Under the pieces are notes generated by a model. That model saw only the letters and a program-made list of their open reading frames with translations. It was not told where the DNA came from and did not search any database. A stretch of DNA of 64,000 nt from Planctomycetota bacterium (GTDB lineage Bacteria > Planctomycetota > UBA1135 > UBA2386), in assembly GCA_046290465.1 (NCBI GenBank), contig JBKAGP010000001.1, positions 4,288,001-4,352,000 of the forward strand, read 5' to 3'. Both the position numbers and the translations under genes were made by a program. The number at the start of each line of letters is the position of its first letter. Position 1 is the first letter of the stretch. This document shows, in pieces, positions 38,542 to 48,541 of the stretch.

Positions 38542-40257
38542 TCACGGCTGACGGCGCAGCGCTTCGGCCAGCTGCCGGTCCGCAGCGAGGGTGGCGTCGA
38601 CGGTGCGATGGGCGATCGAACGGTACAGCGGAGCGCGCCTCGCCAGCACCGGTTCGACCTCGGCGTCGATCGGCGCACCGGTGAGCGACGGCCGGCCGCT
38701 GCCGCGCACCCGCTGCTGCAGCAGCTCCAGCGGCGCCTCGACGTAGACGACGCACGCGCGCGTGCGCAGCAGGTCGCGGGTCGCTTCCGACTCGATCGCG
38801 CCTCCGCCGGTCGCCACCACGCAGCCGGCCTGGAGCGCGTCTGCGACCAGGCCCTGCTCGACCTCGCGGAACGCCGGCCAGCCGTGCGCGGCCACGAACG
38901 CGGCGAGGTCGCCGTGGGCGGCGACGAACCGTTGGTCGGTGTCGACGAAGCGGCTGCCGAGGTGCTGCGCCAGCGCGCGGCCGAGCGTGGTCTTGCCGGC
39001 GCCGCGCATGCCGACCAGCGCGACCGGCCGGTGCTGGGCGTGCACCGCGTCGAGATCGTCCCAGAACGTCGGGTAGCTCTTGGCGACGCAGCCGGGGTCG
39101 TCGATCGAGACCCCCGGCACCAGGGATCCGAGCAGCGCAAACGCCATCGCGACGCGGTGGTCGGCCTCGGGATCGATGGTCGCGCCGTGCAGCGCGCGGC
39201 CGCCGCGGATGGTCAGCCCGTCCGCATGCTCGTCGAGGTCGGCGCCGCAGCGGCGCAGCTCGCGCGCCATCACCGCGACGCGATCGCACTCCTTGACGCG
39301 AACATTGTGGGCGCCGACCAGGCGCGTGGTGCCGTCGCGCAGCGCGGCGACGACGGCCAGGTTGAGGAACTGGTCCGGCAGCGGTTCGACGTCGATCGTG
39401 CGTTCGCCGGGGCCGCGCAGCGCGTCGAGCACGGCGCCGAGCGCCTCGTCGGCCTGGCCCGAACCCTGCACCAGGTTGTCGCTGCGCACGCGAGAGCCAT
39501 CGAGGTGGCCGAGGCAGCTCCACGCCCCCATGCCGCTCCAGTCGCCGCCGACCTGCACCTCCGCGGGCACGTCGCCGTAGCCGCGCGCGACGCGGGCGTG
39601 CGTCGCCGTCAGCGTGGCGTCGATCCCGAACCGCTGCAGCAGCGACACGGTCAGCTGCGCGTAGCTGCGCGACGCGAGCGAACCTTCGAACGATGCGCGC
39701 AGGCCGGCCGGTAGCGCGGCGCCGACCATCAGCAGCGACGACACGAACTGGCTCGACACGCTGCCGTCGATCGACACGTCGCCACCGTCCGGCAGGCCGC
39801 CGCGCACGCGCACCGGCGGGCAGCCGTCGCGCGCGTCGACGTCGACGCCGAGCCGCCGCCAGGCGTCGACCAGCGGCTGGATCGGACGCTTCTGCATGTG
39901 GGCGTCGCCGGTCACGATCCACTCGCCCGGCGTCACCGCGGCGACCGAGACCAGGAAGCGCACGGCGGTGCCGGCATTGCCGCAGAACAGTTCGCCACGC
40001 GTCGGCGCGTCCGCGGCGCGCGGGCCGACCTGCACCGTGCCGCGGCCCTCGTCGACGAACCGCGCTTCGTAGCCGAGCGTGCCGAGGCCGCGCACCAGGT
40101 GCCGCACGTCGTCGGTCGGCGAGGCGCCGTGCACGACCACCCGCCGCTGCGACAGCGCGGCGATCACCAGCAGGCGGTTGGCCTCGCTCTTGCTGCCGGG
40201 CACCGACAGCGCGGCGTCGCTCGGAAATGCCAGCGGTCGCACCGCTCGCGCGCTCAT
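38542..40257 (-). CDS. aroA: Fused EPSP synthase / shikimate kinase
   Basis: PGSKSEANR, GNAGT, SSQF, KECDR, DHRVAM, KSYP; then GMRGAGKTT, DTD, GW..FR..E, GGG, RP. Confidence 0.93.
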   Translation of the reverse strand: MSARAVRPLAFPSDAALSVPGSKSEANRLLVIAALSQRRVVVHGASPTDDVRHLVRGLGTLGYEARFVDEGRGTVQVGPRAADAPTRGELFCGNAGTAVRFLVSVAAVTPGEWIVTGDAHMQKRPIQPLVDAWRRLGVDVDARDGCPPVRVRGGLPDGGDVSIDGSVSSQFVSSLLMVGAALPAGLRASFEGSLASRSYAQLTVSLLQRFGIDATLTATHARVARGYGDVPAEVQVGGDWSGMGAWSCLGHLDGSRVRSDNLVQGSGQADEALGAVLDALRGPGERTIDVEPLPDQFLNLAVVAALRDGTTRLVGAHNVRVKECDRVAVMARELRRCGADLDEHADGLTIRGGRALHGATIDPEADHRVAMAFALLGSLVPGVSIDDPGCVAKSYPTFWDDLDAVHAQHRPVALVGMRGAGKTTLGRALAQHLGSRFVDTDQRFVAAHGDLAAFVAAHGWPAFREVEQGLVADALQAGCVVATGGGAIESEATRDLLRTRACVVYVEAPLELLQQRVRGSGRPSLTGAPIDAEVEPVLARRAPLYRSIAHRTVDATLAADRQLAEALRRQP

Positions 40258-40321
40258 GCCGGCGCCCTCACGGCGGCTCGGTCACGGCAGCAGCTCGCGG
40301 CAGGGCACCTCCGGCAGGCTC

Positions 40322-41365
40322 TCACTGCAGGGCCTTGTGCAGCGAGTCCGCGGTCAGGTCGACGATCTCGCCGTCGCCGAGCCGGCGCGGCACGTACATC
40401 GGAACGTCCCCCCGCACCGCCTTCTTGTCGTGGCGCGCCAGCTCCCACAGCTGGTCCGGCACCCGATACTCGGCCGGCACCTCCGGCGACACCCCGACCG
40501 CGCGCAGCAGCGCTTCGATGCGCGCGGTGATCCGCGCGTCGACGTCGGCGGCGAGGCATTCGGCGATCATGCCCATCGCGACCGCGTGGCCGTGCCGGAG
40601 TGAACCCTGCGCGAGGCTCTCGATGGCATGGCCGATGGTGTGCCCGGCGTTGAGCGCGCGGCGGCGGTCGCCCTCGCGTTCGTCGGCCAGCACGACCGCC
40701 ATCTTCATGTCGACGGCCATCGCGATCGTGCGTTCGGTCGCCTCGTCCTCGCGGCGCAGCAGCGCCGGCGCGAGCTGCTCGAGCTCCGCGAAGCGATCCG
40801 CGTCCAGCACGGCCGCCTTCTTGATCACCTCGACGATGCCCTCGCGGAACATCTCGTCGGGCAGCGAGCGCAGCCAGTCGAGGTCCATCACGATCGCGTC
40901 GGGCTGGCGGATTGTGCCCAGGCGGTTCTTGAGGCCGCTGTGGTCGACGCCGTTCTTGCCGCCGAGCGACGCGTCGCACATCGCCAGCGTCGTCGTCGGA
41001 CACGAAACGAACGGCACCCCGCGCAGGTAGATCGACGCGACGAAGCCGGCGAGGTCGGTGATCGTGCCGCCGCCGATCGCGACCATCACGGTCGCGCGGG
41101 TCGCCCCGGCGTCGTGCATGCGGTCGGCCAGCGCGCCGACGACTTCGAGCCGCTTCGCCGCCTCGCCTTCGTCGACGGCCAGCACCGCGGACGCGTCGAG
41201 CGCAGCGCCGACGCGTTGCGCGGTCTCGGCCAGCGCCGAGTCGTGCACGACGACGACTCCGTGCGGGCGCAGCCGGGCGACGACTTCGGGCAGGTGGCGT
41301 TCGGCGCCGACCTGCAGCAGCACGCGCGACGACTGCTGCTGCGAAAAGGCAAACGTGTGGTCCAT
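40322..41365 (-). CDS. aroB: 3-dehydroquinate synthase
   Basis: GE..K, GGG..D..GF.A, PTT.LA..DAS.GGK, KN.LG, LN.GHT.GHA.E, HG.AV..G, DKK. Confidence 0.95.
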   Translation of the reverse strand: MDHTFAFSQQQSSRVLLQVGAERHLPEVVARLRPHGVVVVHDSALAETAQRVGAALDASAVLAVDEGEAAKRLEVVGALADRMHDAGATRATVMVAIGGGTITDLAGFVASIYLRGVPFVSCPTTTLAMCDASLGGKNGVDHSGLKNRLGTIRQPDAIVMDLDWLRSLPDEMFREGIVEVIKKAAVLDADRFAELEQLAPALLRREDEATERTIAMAVDMKMAVVLADEREGDRRRALNAGHTIGHAIESLAQGSLRHGHAVAMGMIAECLAADVDARITARIEALLRAVGVSPEVPAEYRVPDQLWELARHDKKAVRGDVPMYVPRRLGDGEIVDLTADSLHKALQ

Positions 41366-41578
41366 GAGTTCGGTCGTCTCGAACCTATCCGACCGGATCA
41401 CGAAGTCATCCCCTGCGTGTCGGCGGGTCGCGTCAGGTATGCCCGGATGCGCAACCGGGGTTCGCTTCGAGTCGGATCGGGTCCCGATCAGGTGCCGCCG
41501 AATCCGCGTTGCTGTCGGCCGCGAAGCCTTGCTCCGGGCGCGCCGCCGTCCCACCTCCGACTCGCTATGATGACCGAC

Positions 41579-42811
41579 ATGATCCGCATGGCCCGCACGC
41601 TGCTCGCGCTCCTCGCGTGCACTCCGTTCGCCGACGCCCAGGGCAAGAACGTGCTCTTCTACGGCAACAGCTACACCTACTACGTGTGGGGCTACGGCGT
41701 GCCGGAGGTCGTCGAACTGCTGGCGATCGAAGCGGGCCACCCGGCGCCGACGATCGAGTCTTCGCTGACCGGTGGCGGCACGCTGCCCTGCTACGCCAGC
41801 GACCCGCAGCAGATCGCCGCGATCAGCAACCTGCTGCCCGCCGGCCAGCAGTGGGACGCGGTGGTCATGCAGGGCCACGCGCTCGGCGCGACCAACGGCG
41901 TCGGCTTCAACGTCAACGACTTCCTCGCCGGTGCGCAGGGCATCATGACCAACGTGCGCGCGCACAGCCCGACGGCCAAGGCCGTGATGTACCAGACCTG
42001 GGCCAGCGCGTGGGGGCAGATGTACTACCCCGTGCCGTGGCCGACGCCGATGGACATGCACGACGAGATCCGCGGCAACTACCGGCTGGCGGTCGACAAC
42101 CTCAACAACGCGTTCGGCGTCGGGTCCGCGGCCAACGCGGCGGCGGGCGACGCGGTCGCGCTGCTGGAGTGGGATCCGATGTGGTACGAGGCGGACCTGT
42201 TCCACCCGAGTCCGTCGATGATCCTGCTGGCGGCGATGTGCATCTACACGACGATCTACCAGGAGCCGGTCTGCGGCATCGAGCCGACGTTCGATCCGCC
42301 GGGGCCGCTGGCGGCGGCGCTGCTGGCGCAGGGCGTCGACCAGGCCGATTGGGACCTGTTGTCGGGCCTCGCCGACCGCAGCGCCGATCCGTCGCTGCGC
42401 GCCTACCCCGGGTCGGGCGACCACCTGCTGCTCGAGACGCGCGCCGGCGCCGGTGCGCCGAGCGCGTGCTACCAGAACGCGATCACGACCGGCACGTTGG
42501 TGCAGCTGCGGCTGCGTTCGATCAACGGCGTCTTCGACAGCGCGCCGGCCTGGGTGCTGCTCGACGTGTTCCCGACCGGTTCGCCGACGGGGCCAGCCGC
42601 GCTCTACCCGGAGCTGCAGAGCCCGCTCGGCGCTGCGTCGGTGTTGCTGAGCGCGCCGGACCTCAGCGCGCCGATCGCGCTGTCCCTGCCGATGCCGGTG
42701 ACGTTGCCGGGCTTCTCGCTGCGGCTGCAGGGCATCGTGCAGCAGCCGAGCACCGAGACCGGCAACACGCTGTTCACGACCACCGACGCGCACGAGCTGG
42801 TGTTCTTCTAG
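41579..42811 (+). CDS. Secreted SGNH-like domain protein with shared C-terminal domain
   Basis: Signal ADA-Q; VLFYGNSYT, WDAVVMQ, YQTWA, DLFHP; ends Q....TTTDAHELVFF; start 41567-41588 uncertain. Confidence 0.7.
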   Translation: MIRMARTLLALLACTPFADAQGKNVLFYGNSYTYYVWGYGVPEVVELLAIEAGHPAPTIESSLTGGGTLPCYASDPQQIAAISNLLPAGQQWDAVVMQGHALGATNGVGFNVNDFLAGAQGIMTNVRAHSPTAKAVMYQTWASAWGQMYYPVPWPTPMDMHDEIRGNYRLAVDNLNNAFGVGSAANAAAGDAVALLEWDPMWYEADLFHPSPSMILLAAMCIYTTIYQEPVCGIEPTFDPPGPLAAALLAQGVDQADWDLLSGLADRSADPSLRAYPGSGDHLLLETRAGAGAPSACYQNAITTGTLVQLRLRSINGVFDSAPAWVLLDVFPTGSPTGPAALYPELQSPLGAASVLLSAPDLSAPIALSLPMPVTLPGFSLRLQGIVQQPSTETGNTLFTTTDAHELVFF

Positions 42812-42847
42812 ACCACGCTGCTCGCCCACGCTGCGGCCCGCTCACCG

Positions 42848-43423
42848 ATGCGCGCGACCATCTGGCTGTTGGCGATCCTCGCCGCGTGCGCCACGCCTGC
42901 GCGCCCCGCGCAGCTGCGCCCGGACGCGTGGGCCCAGCCGGTTGCCGTCACCGGCGGTCCCGACAACTGCTACGCGGTGTCGTCGGGGCTCTACCGCAGC
43001 GCGCAGCCTTCCGACGACGAGATGCGCGCGCTGCACGCGTTCGGCGTGCGCTCGGTCGTCAACCTGCGCGACCACCACAGCGATCGCGACGACGTCGAAG
43101 GCACCGGCCTGACCCTGTTCGAGGTGCCGACCGACACGAGCGACATGGACTACGACGACCTCGTGCGCGCACTCGCGGTGCTGCGCCAGGCGCCCAAGCC
43201 GGCGGTGGTGCACTGTTGGCGCGGCTCCGATCGCACCGGAACGGTGGTCGCCGGGTGGCGCGTCGCCGTCGATGGATGGACCCCGCAGCAGGCCGCCGAC
43301 GAGATGGTTGCCGGGGGCTTCGGGCACAGCCGGTGGTTTGCGCACCTGCCCGAACTGGTCCGCAGCCTCGATCCTGCCCGGCTTCGCGCGGACGTGCAGG
43401 CGGCCTGCTCCGGCACGCCCTGA
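42848..43423 (+). CDS. Tyrosine/dual-specificity phosphatase-family lipoprotein
   Basis: Lipobox LAAC; LYRSAQP, VVNLR, HCWRGSDRTG (HCx5R). Confidence 0.88.
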   Translation: MRATIWLLAILAACATPARPAQLRPDAWAQPVAVTGGPDNCYAVSSGLYRSAQPSDDEMRALHAFGVRSVVNLRDHHSDRDDVEGTGLTLFEVPTDTSDMDYDDLVRALAVLRQAPKPAVVHCWRGSDRTGTVVAGWRVAVDGWTPQQAADEMVAGGFGHSRWFAHLPELVRSLDPARLRADVQAACSGTP

Positions 43424-43643
43424 ATGCGTCTGGGCGAAATTCCGATCCGGCGTAGTCCGAGCGCCGGGCACGACTTGTAGCAAGACCTCGTTGTTACGTC
43501 GAACCGCCCGGTGGTGAGGAACCTTCCCTCGGGTCGAGGTCGTCCACCTCGGTATCGACTCCCGGTCCCTGGGAGTCTCTTCCCCAACCATGGCCTCCTG
43601 CCTAGGGAATGGCAGCGGGCCCAAAACCCAGGAAGCCCCAACC

Positions 43644-45338
43644 ATGCGCAAGCTCCTGCCTCTCGTGGTCGCGCTCGGTGCAGCCTCTCTCGCTGCCCAG
43701 TCTCCCCTCACGACCACCTTTGCCGGCGGCAACGGCCAGGCCGGCAACATGTTCGACATCGTCGCCACCAACCCAGCCGGGGTGAACATCGACTACTTCG
43801 ATGTGAACCTCGATCCGGGTACGTGGGACATGGAGATCTACAAGCTGACGATCCCAGGTCCCTACGCCGCGTCGGTCAACACCGCCGCCGACTGGACGCT
43901 CGTCGGCTCGGCGACCGGTGTCGTCAGCGCCGCCGGCGGCGTGCCGACGCAGTGCCCGATCCCGGTCTGCGAGTACATCCCGCAGGGCGCGACGCAGTCG
44001 TTCTACGTGACCGTGACCAACGGCACGTCGATCAACTACACCAACGGCACCGCGACCGGCGCGCTGTTCGCGTCCAACAGCGACCTCGAGTTCTACGAAG
44101 GTGCGGGTCTCGCCTACGCGTTCACCGCCAACTTCAACCCGCGCGTGTGGAACGGCAACATCCACTACACGGTCGGTCCGAACCCCAACTGTGGCGCCAC
44201 CTCGTTTGCGTCGCGCTCGACCTACGGCAACGTCGGTTGCTACGAGAACCCGCGCATGGTCAGTGAGTTCTGGCCGCCCGCCAGCACGATCGACCTGACC
44301 GGCACCAGCTGGACGATCGTCTACCAGCCGGGCGCGACCGGCGGCACCTACAACATCAGCGCCGGTGGCCTGCCGTACGACCCGGTCACTCCGTCGGTCT
44401 CCGGCATCGACCTCGCCTCCGGCGTCTACACGTCGAGCTCGTCGGCGACGTGGGACGACGCGTCCGTCACCCAGACGCTCGCGTTCCCGTTCCCGTACCC
44501 GGGCGACGGCAGCCCGAGCACGACCGAGATCACGGTCAACTCCAACGGCCGCCTCTACCTCGGTAACACCGTCGACAACTCGTTCCAGGCCAACGGCGCC
44601 AACTCGCTGCAGACGCCCGACATCTTCGCCGGAACGCTCGGCCCGGGCCTGCCGGTGTGGGCGGCGTTCATGTGTGACCTCGACCCGACCGCCGGCGGCA
44701 ACATCTGGTACGAGGACCCGAGCCCGAGCGGCGGCGTGCGCATCACGTGGGACCAGGTGCCCAACTGGGACGACGGCGTCACCGGCACGACGGCCACCAA
44801 CTCGGTGCAGATCGAACTGCTGCCCGGCGGCACGATCTTCCTGTCCTACGGCGCGACGCTCGGCAACGGCGGCAGCCCGGACAACGAGGCGATCGTCGGC
44901 TTCAGCGCCGGTGGCGGCGAAGGCGAGGTGCGCCTCGACTGGTCGGCCATCACCAGCTACGACACCGGCGATGGCTTCGCCGGTCTCGCCTGCGACGCGG
45001 ACGCCAACCCGGTGCTCGGCACGACGTTCAACATCGTCGTCGACAACATCCCGACGGGCACGCTGCTCGGCGGCGTGATCTTCGGCCTCACCAAGTTCGA
45101 CCCGGGCATCCCGCTGCAGGCGGCGCTGGGCGTGCCGTGTGACCTCTACACGTCGCTCGATTCGCTGGTGACCGGCGCGCTGCCGACCGGCACCTACTCG
45201 GCGCCGTTCACGATGCCGAACAACCCGCTGCTCGCCGGGCAGATCTTCTACAGCCAGGGCTTCTGCCTCAACGCGGCGATCCCGAACCCGCTCGGCGCGA
45301 TGACGTCGAACGGCGTCGAGATGGTGATCGGTAGCTGA
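43644..45338 (+). CDS. Secreted beta-rich (nidogen-like segment) protein with shared C-terminal domain
   Basis: Signal LAA-Q; GNMFD, FPFPY..ITVNSNG, DLDP, ITWD.V; ends TSNGVEMVIGS. Confidence 0.7.
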   Translation: MRKLLPLVVALGAASLAAQSPLTTTFAGGNGQAGNMFDIVATNPAGVNIDYFDVNLDPGTWDMEIYKLTIPGPYAASVNTAADWTLVGSATGVVSAAGGVPTQCPIPVCEYIPQGATQSFYVTVTNGTSINYTNGTATGALFASNSDLEFYEGAGLAYAFTANFNPRVWNGNIHYTVGPNPNCGATSFASRSTYGNVGCYENPRMVSEFWPPASTIDLTGTSWTIVYQPGATGGTYNISAGGLPYDPVTPSVSGIDLASGVYTSSSSATWDDASVTQTLAFPFPYPGDGSPSTTEITVNSNGRLYLGNTVDNSFQANGANSLQTPDIFAGTLGPGLPVWAAFMCDLDPTAGGNIWYEDPSPSGGVRITWDQVPNWDDGVTGTTATNSVQIELLPGGTIFLSYGATLGNGGSPDNEAIVGFSAGGGEGEVRLDWSAITSYDTGDGFAGLACDADANPVLGTTFNIVVDNIPTGTLLGGVIFGLTKFDPGIPLQAALGVPCDLYTSLDSLVTGALPTGTYSAPFTMPNNPLLAGQIFYSQGFCLNAAIPNPLGAMTSNGVEMVIGS

Positions 45339-45351
45339 TCGACACCGGATC

Positions 45352-45373
45352 GGTGGGGGCCGCGGCCCCCGCC
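45352..45373 (+). terminator. GC-rich hairpin after stop codon
   Basis: GGTGGGGGC-CGCG-GCCCCCGCC; no U-tract. Confidence 0.4.
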
Positions 45374-45429
45374 AAGGGGTGGCGGCCGTCGGCGGACCGA
45401 TGGCTGCCCCTCTGCTTCTCCGGGCTAGG

Positions 45430-46104
45430 ATGTGGCGTATGGACGAGGCGCCGCACGACCCGGAGAAGCAACTTGCCGCAGACGTCGCGACCGTTCTGCG
45501 CCCTGCGGCGCTGCTGTGGATGACGCAGTGGATCGGGGCCGGCATCTGGGCGCACCTCGGCTGGCGCTTCGCCGGCTTGTCCGCTTCGGCGTTCTGGAAC
45601 GTCTGGTACGTGATCTTCGCCGTCATGGTCGGGGTGTTCGTGTTCCGCGACCCCGAGGCGCGCCGCGTGTTCGCGAAGCCGCGCAAGAGCGCGGTCGAGA
45701 TGGTGCTGCTGATCGGCGCCGTCGCCTGGCTGATCGACTACCAGTGGGTCGCCTGGCTGTATCCGGACCGCAGCTACTCGGCCTACCAGGAGTCGGCCGG
45801 CGCCTCCGAGCTGCCGATCGTGCTGTTCTGGATCGCGCTGATGCCGGCGCTGTTCGAGGAGTGGATGTTCCGCGGCCTGCTGCTGTCGCGCTTCCGGCGG
45901 GTCCTGCCGCTCAACTGGGCCATCGCCGGCCAGGCGATGCTGTTCTCGTTGATGCACTTCGACCACTACATGCTGCTGCCGCACTTCTTCTTCGGCTGCG
46001 TCGCCGGCGTGCTGCGCGTCGTCGCCGGCGGCCTGTGGCCGTGCATGCTGTGGCACTTCGCGTGGAACGCGGCGTGCGTCGCGTGGCCGAACGGCTTCCT
46101 GTAG
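45430..46104 (+). CDS. CPBP (Abi/CAAX) intramembrane glutamic endopeptidase
   Basis: EEWMFRG, FSLMH, HFAWN; multiple TMs. Confidence 0.88.
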   Translation: MWRMDEAPHDPEKQLAADVATVLRPAALLWMTQWIGAGIWAHLGWRFAGLSASAFWNVWYVIFAVMVGVFVFRDPEARRVFAKPRKSAVEMVLLIGAVAWLIDYQWVAWLYPDRSYSAYQESAGASELPIVLFWIALMPALFEEWMFRGLLLSRFRRVLPLNWAIAGQAMLFSLMHFDHYMLLPHFFFGCVAGVLRVVAGGLWPCMLWHFAWNAACVAWPNGFL

Positions 46105-46133
46105 GGCGCTACCCTTGAGAGGGCTGGCGAACC

Positions 46134-46376
46134 CTACCGCCGCGTCCACTCCCCGAACACCTTCAGCAGCGTCGGCATCACCACATAGCTCATCAGCGGC
46201 ACGACGATCGCCGTGACGATCAGCGTGATCACCGGCAGCGCGAAGTGCTCCAGGAGCGTCGGCAGCAGCATCCACAGCACCAACGTGATGGTCGGGTAGA
46301 TCCCGACCCACGTCAGCAGCACCAGCTTGTGCTGGTTGGGCGGCCGCGGCGGCTGCGTGTCGACGGGGGCGCCCAT
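46134..46376 (-). CDS. Small two-TM membrane protein
   Basis: PP..HK..LLTW.GIYP and V.LMSYVVMP...F..W, like the membrane tail of ABM-domain proteins. Confidence 0.7.
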   Translation of the reverse strand: MGAPVDTQPPRPPNQHKLVLLTWVGIYPTITLVLWMLLPTLLEHFALPVITLIVTAIVVPLMSYVVMPTLLKVFGEWTRR

Positions 46377-46398
46377 TGCGTTGGGTGGTCTGCGGCGC

Positions 46399-48423
46399 CT
46401 AGCGGTGCACGAACTCGGCCTTCACCTTCGGCCCGTTCTTCATGAAGTTGTCGACGCCGATGCGCATGTCCTCGGTGCCACACACCTCGCCGAAGCACTT
46501 CGCCTCGAACGGCACGGCTTCCGACAGCGGCAGCTTCGCGGCGCCGAGGATCGCCTTCTGCAGGATCTCGTCGACCTTCTTCGACAGGTGGCCGAGTTCG
46601 ACCGCGGGCAGGCTGTCCGGCACGTTCTCCATCGGGCCCTCGGCCATGCGCGAACGCTCGGCCTTGCCGTCGGCCATGTCGCGGCACAGCGCGACGGCGC
46701 GGTCGACCAGGTCGCCCTCGACCTCCTCGCGGATCAGGCCGAACGCGAGCGCCTTCTCCGAGCTGATCGGGCGGCACGTGCGCAGCATCATGTTGGCGTT
46801 GTCGAAGCCGACCAGGCGCGGCAAGCGGACCGTGCCGCCGGCACCCGGGATGATGCCGAGGTTGGCTTCCGGCTGGCCGGCGAGCACCTTGAGGCCCTTC
46901 TTGGCGATGCGGGTCTCGCACGCCATCGCGGTCTCGATGCCGCCGCCGAACGCGAGGCCGTTGAGCGCCGCGACGGTCGGCTTCTGCACCTTCTGGAGCG
47001 CGTCGACGCACACCTGCGAAGTGCGCGAGGTCTGCTCGCCCATCTCGACGCTGTCGATCTTGGCCAGGAAGTTGACGTCGGCGCCGCTGACGAACGCCTT
47101 CTTGCCGAAGCCGGTCAGCACGATGCCCTTGATCGATGCGTCCGCGTCGCACTCCTCGAAGCGCGTCTGCAGTTCCTTGAAGACGCCCTGGTCGAGTGCG
47201 TTGAGCACCTTCGGTCGGCGGATCGTCAGCACCGCGATGCCGTCGCGGTCCTCACGCAGCACGACCGGGATGTCGAACGGGGTGTTGTCCTTGCCGTGCT
47301 CCTCGATGCACTTCGGCACCGGGAAGCCCTCGTAGTCGGCGGCGTAGGCCTTCACCAGCTCCAGCGCCTTGGCCGTGCCGATCTCGTTCATAAAAGCGAA
47401 CGCCGGCTTCATGTCGAGGCCGACGTCGAGGCCCATGTTGAAGTCGGCGACCGAGATCAGGCCGGCGTCGACGATCTCGCCGCACAGGCCGAAGTAGGCG
47501 CCCATCAGCGCGTCGCGCACCTTGGCGGCGACGTCGTCCGCGACCTCGACCTTCTCGCCGCGCGCCGGAACGTCCCAGTTCTCCTTCTTCTCGACCTTCT
47601 CCTTCAGCGAGTCGGGCGTCTTGAAGTAGGGGCCGATCTTGGTCGTGTAGTTGTCGAGACCGACCGCGGTGATCGGGTTGCCACCCGTCAGGTTCATCGC
47701 GGTGAACGAGCCGACGCCCATCTTGAACGTCTTCTTGCAGACGACGTCGATCTCCTTGGTCGACGCGACGCCGCGCTCGGCGAGCAGCGCGCAGGCGTAG
47801 AACAGGCCTTCGAACACCGGGTCGAGCGCGTAGCCGTAGCGCGACTGCACCTCGATCGGGACCTTGCCGATGCCCTCGTAGAACGACATCAGCCACTTCG
47901 TCGTGGCGGCGTCGGTGTCCTTGCCCGGCACGACCTCGACGAGCAGGTTGCGCTCGGCGGGGAAGAAGTAGTGCACCACGCCGGTGCGGCCCTTGTGCTT
48001 GCTGTTGGCGAAGATCACCTCGGGCTCCAGGTGCGAGCTGTTGCTGCACAGGATCGCGTCGTCGGCGACCAGCCCTTCGACCATGCCGAAGATCTTGCCC
48101 TTGAGTTCCTTGTTCTCGGTCGCGGCCTCGACCACGAGGTCGGCGCCCTGGATGTCGTCGTAGTTGGTCGTCCACGCGACGCTCGAGACCATCTTGGCCT
48201 GCTGCTCTTCGCTGAACGCGCCGGTCTCGACGCCCTTCGCGACCTTCTTCTCGAGCTTCTTCCTGCCGCCGGCCAGCGCGTCCTCGCTGACGTCGACCAC
48301 GACGGTCTGCACGCCGAACGGGCTCAGGACCTTGGTGAAGTAGAGGGCGATGTCCGGGCCGATCTGGCCCGAACCGATGACGGCGACCTTGCGGATCTCG
48401 CGGCCTTGGTGGGTGAAGCTCAT
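46399..48423 (-). CDS. 3-hydroxyacyl-CoA dehydrogenase / enoyl-CoA hydratase fusion (dehydrogenase first)
   Basis: GSGQIG, VEAATE..K, SNSS, HYFFP; RPKVLNAL, AFVSGAD, AFGGG.E, PE.NLGIIPGAGGT. Confidence 0.9.
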   Translation of the reverse strand: MSFTHQGREIRKVAVIGSGQIGPDIALYFTKVLSPFGVQTVVVDVSEDALAGGRKKLEKKVAKGVETGAFSEEQQAKMVSSVAWTTNYDDIQGADLVVEAATENKELKGKIFGMVEGLVADDAILCSNSSHLEPEVIFANSKHKGRTGVVHYFFPAERNLLVEVVPGKDTDAATTKWLMSFYEGIGKVPIEVQSRYGYALDPVFEGLFYACALLAERGVASTKEIDVVCKKTFKMGVGSFTAMNLTGGNPITAVGLDNYTTKIGPYFKTPDSLKEKVEKKENWDVPARGEKVEVADDVAAKVRDALMGAYFGLCGEIVDAGLISVADFNMGLDVGLDMKPAFAFMNEIGTAKALELVKAYAADYEGFPVPKCIEEHGKDNTPFDIPVVLREDRDGIAVLTIRRPKVLNALDQGVFKELQTRFEECDADASIKGIVLTGFGKKAFVSGADVNFLAKIDSVEMGEQTSRTSQVCVDALQKVQKPTVAALNGLAFGGGIETAMACETRIAKKGLKVLAGQPEANLGIIPGAGGTVRLPRLVGFDNANMMLRTCRPISSEKALAFGLIREEVEGDLVDRAVALCRDMADGKAERSRMAEGPMENVPDSLPAVELGHLSKKVDEILQKAILGAAKLPLSEAVPFEAKCFGEVCGTEDMRIGVDNFMKNGPKVKAEFVHR

Positions 48424-48541
48424 GGGGTTCCTCGTTTCGGGGGCGAACAGGATAGCGACGCACGCGGACCGGCGGAAGGCCGCGCAGCGCCAAGGTCGCA
48501 GATCCCCGGCGAGCAGGAGCTTGCAGCCGCGGTCGGCGCGG

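Noticed and set aside
37223..42829. Long N-terminal extensions on aroC (to 39922) and aroB (to 42829) suggesting giant fusions
   Set aside because: The extensions overlap other real genes in different frames; conserved starts lie at 38431 and 41365
43424..43643. Riboswitch in the 220-bp region upstream of the secreted protein
   Set aside because: Some short stems, but no recognisable aptamer consensus; would need an Rfam scan
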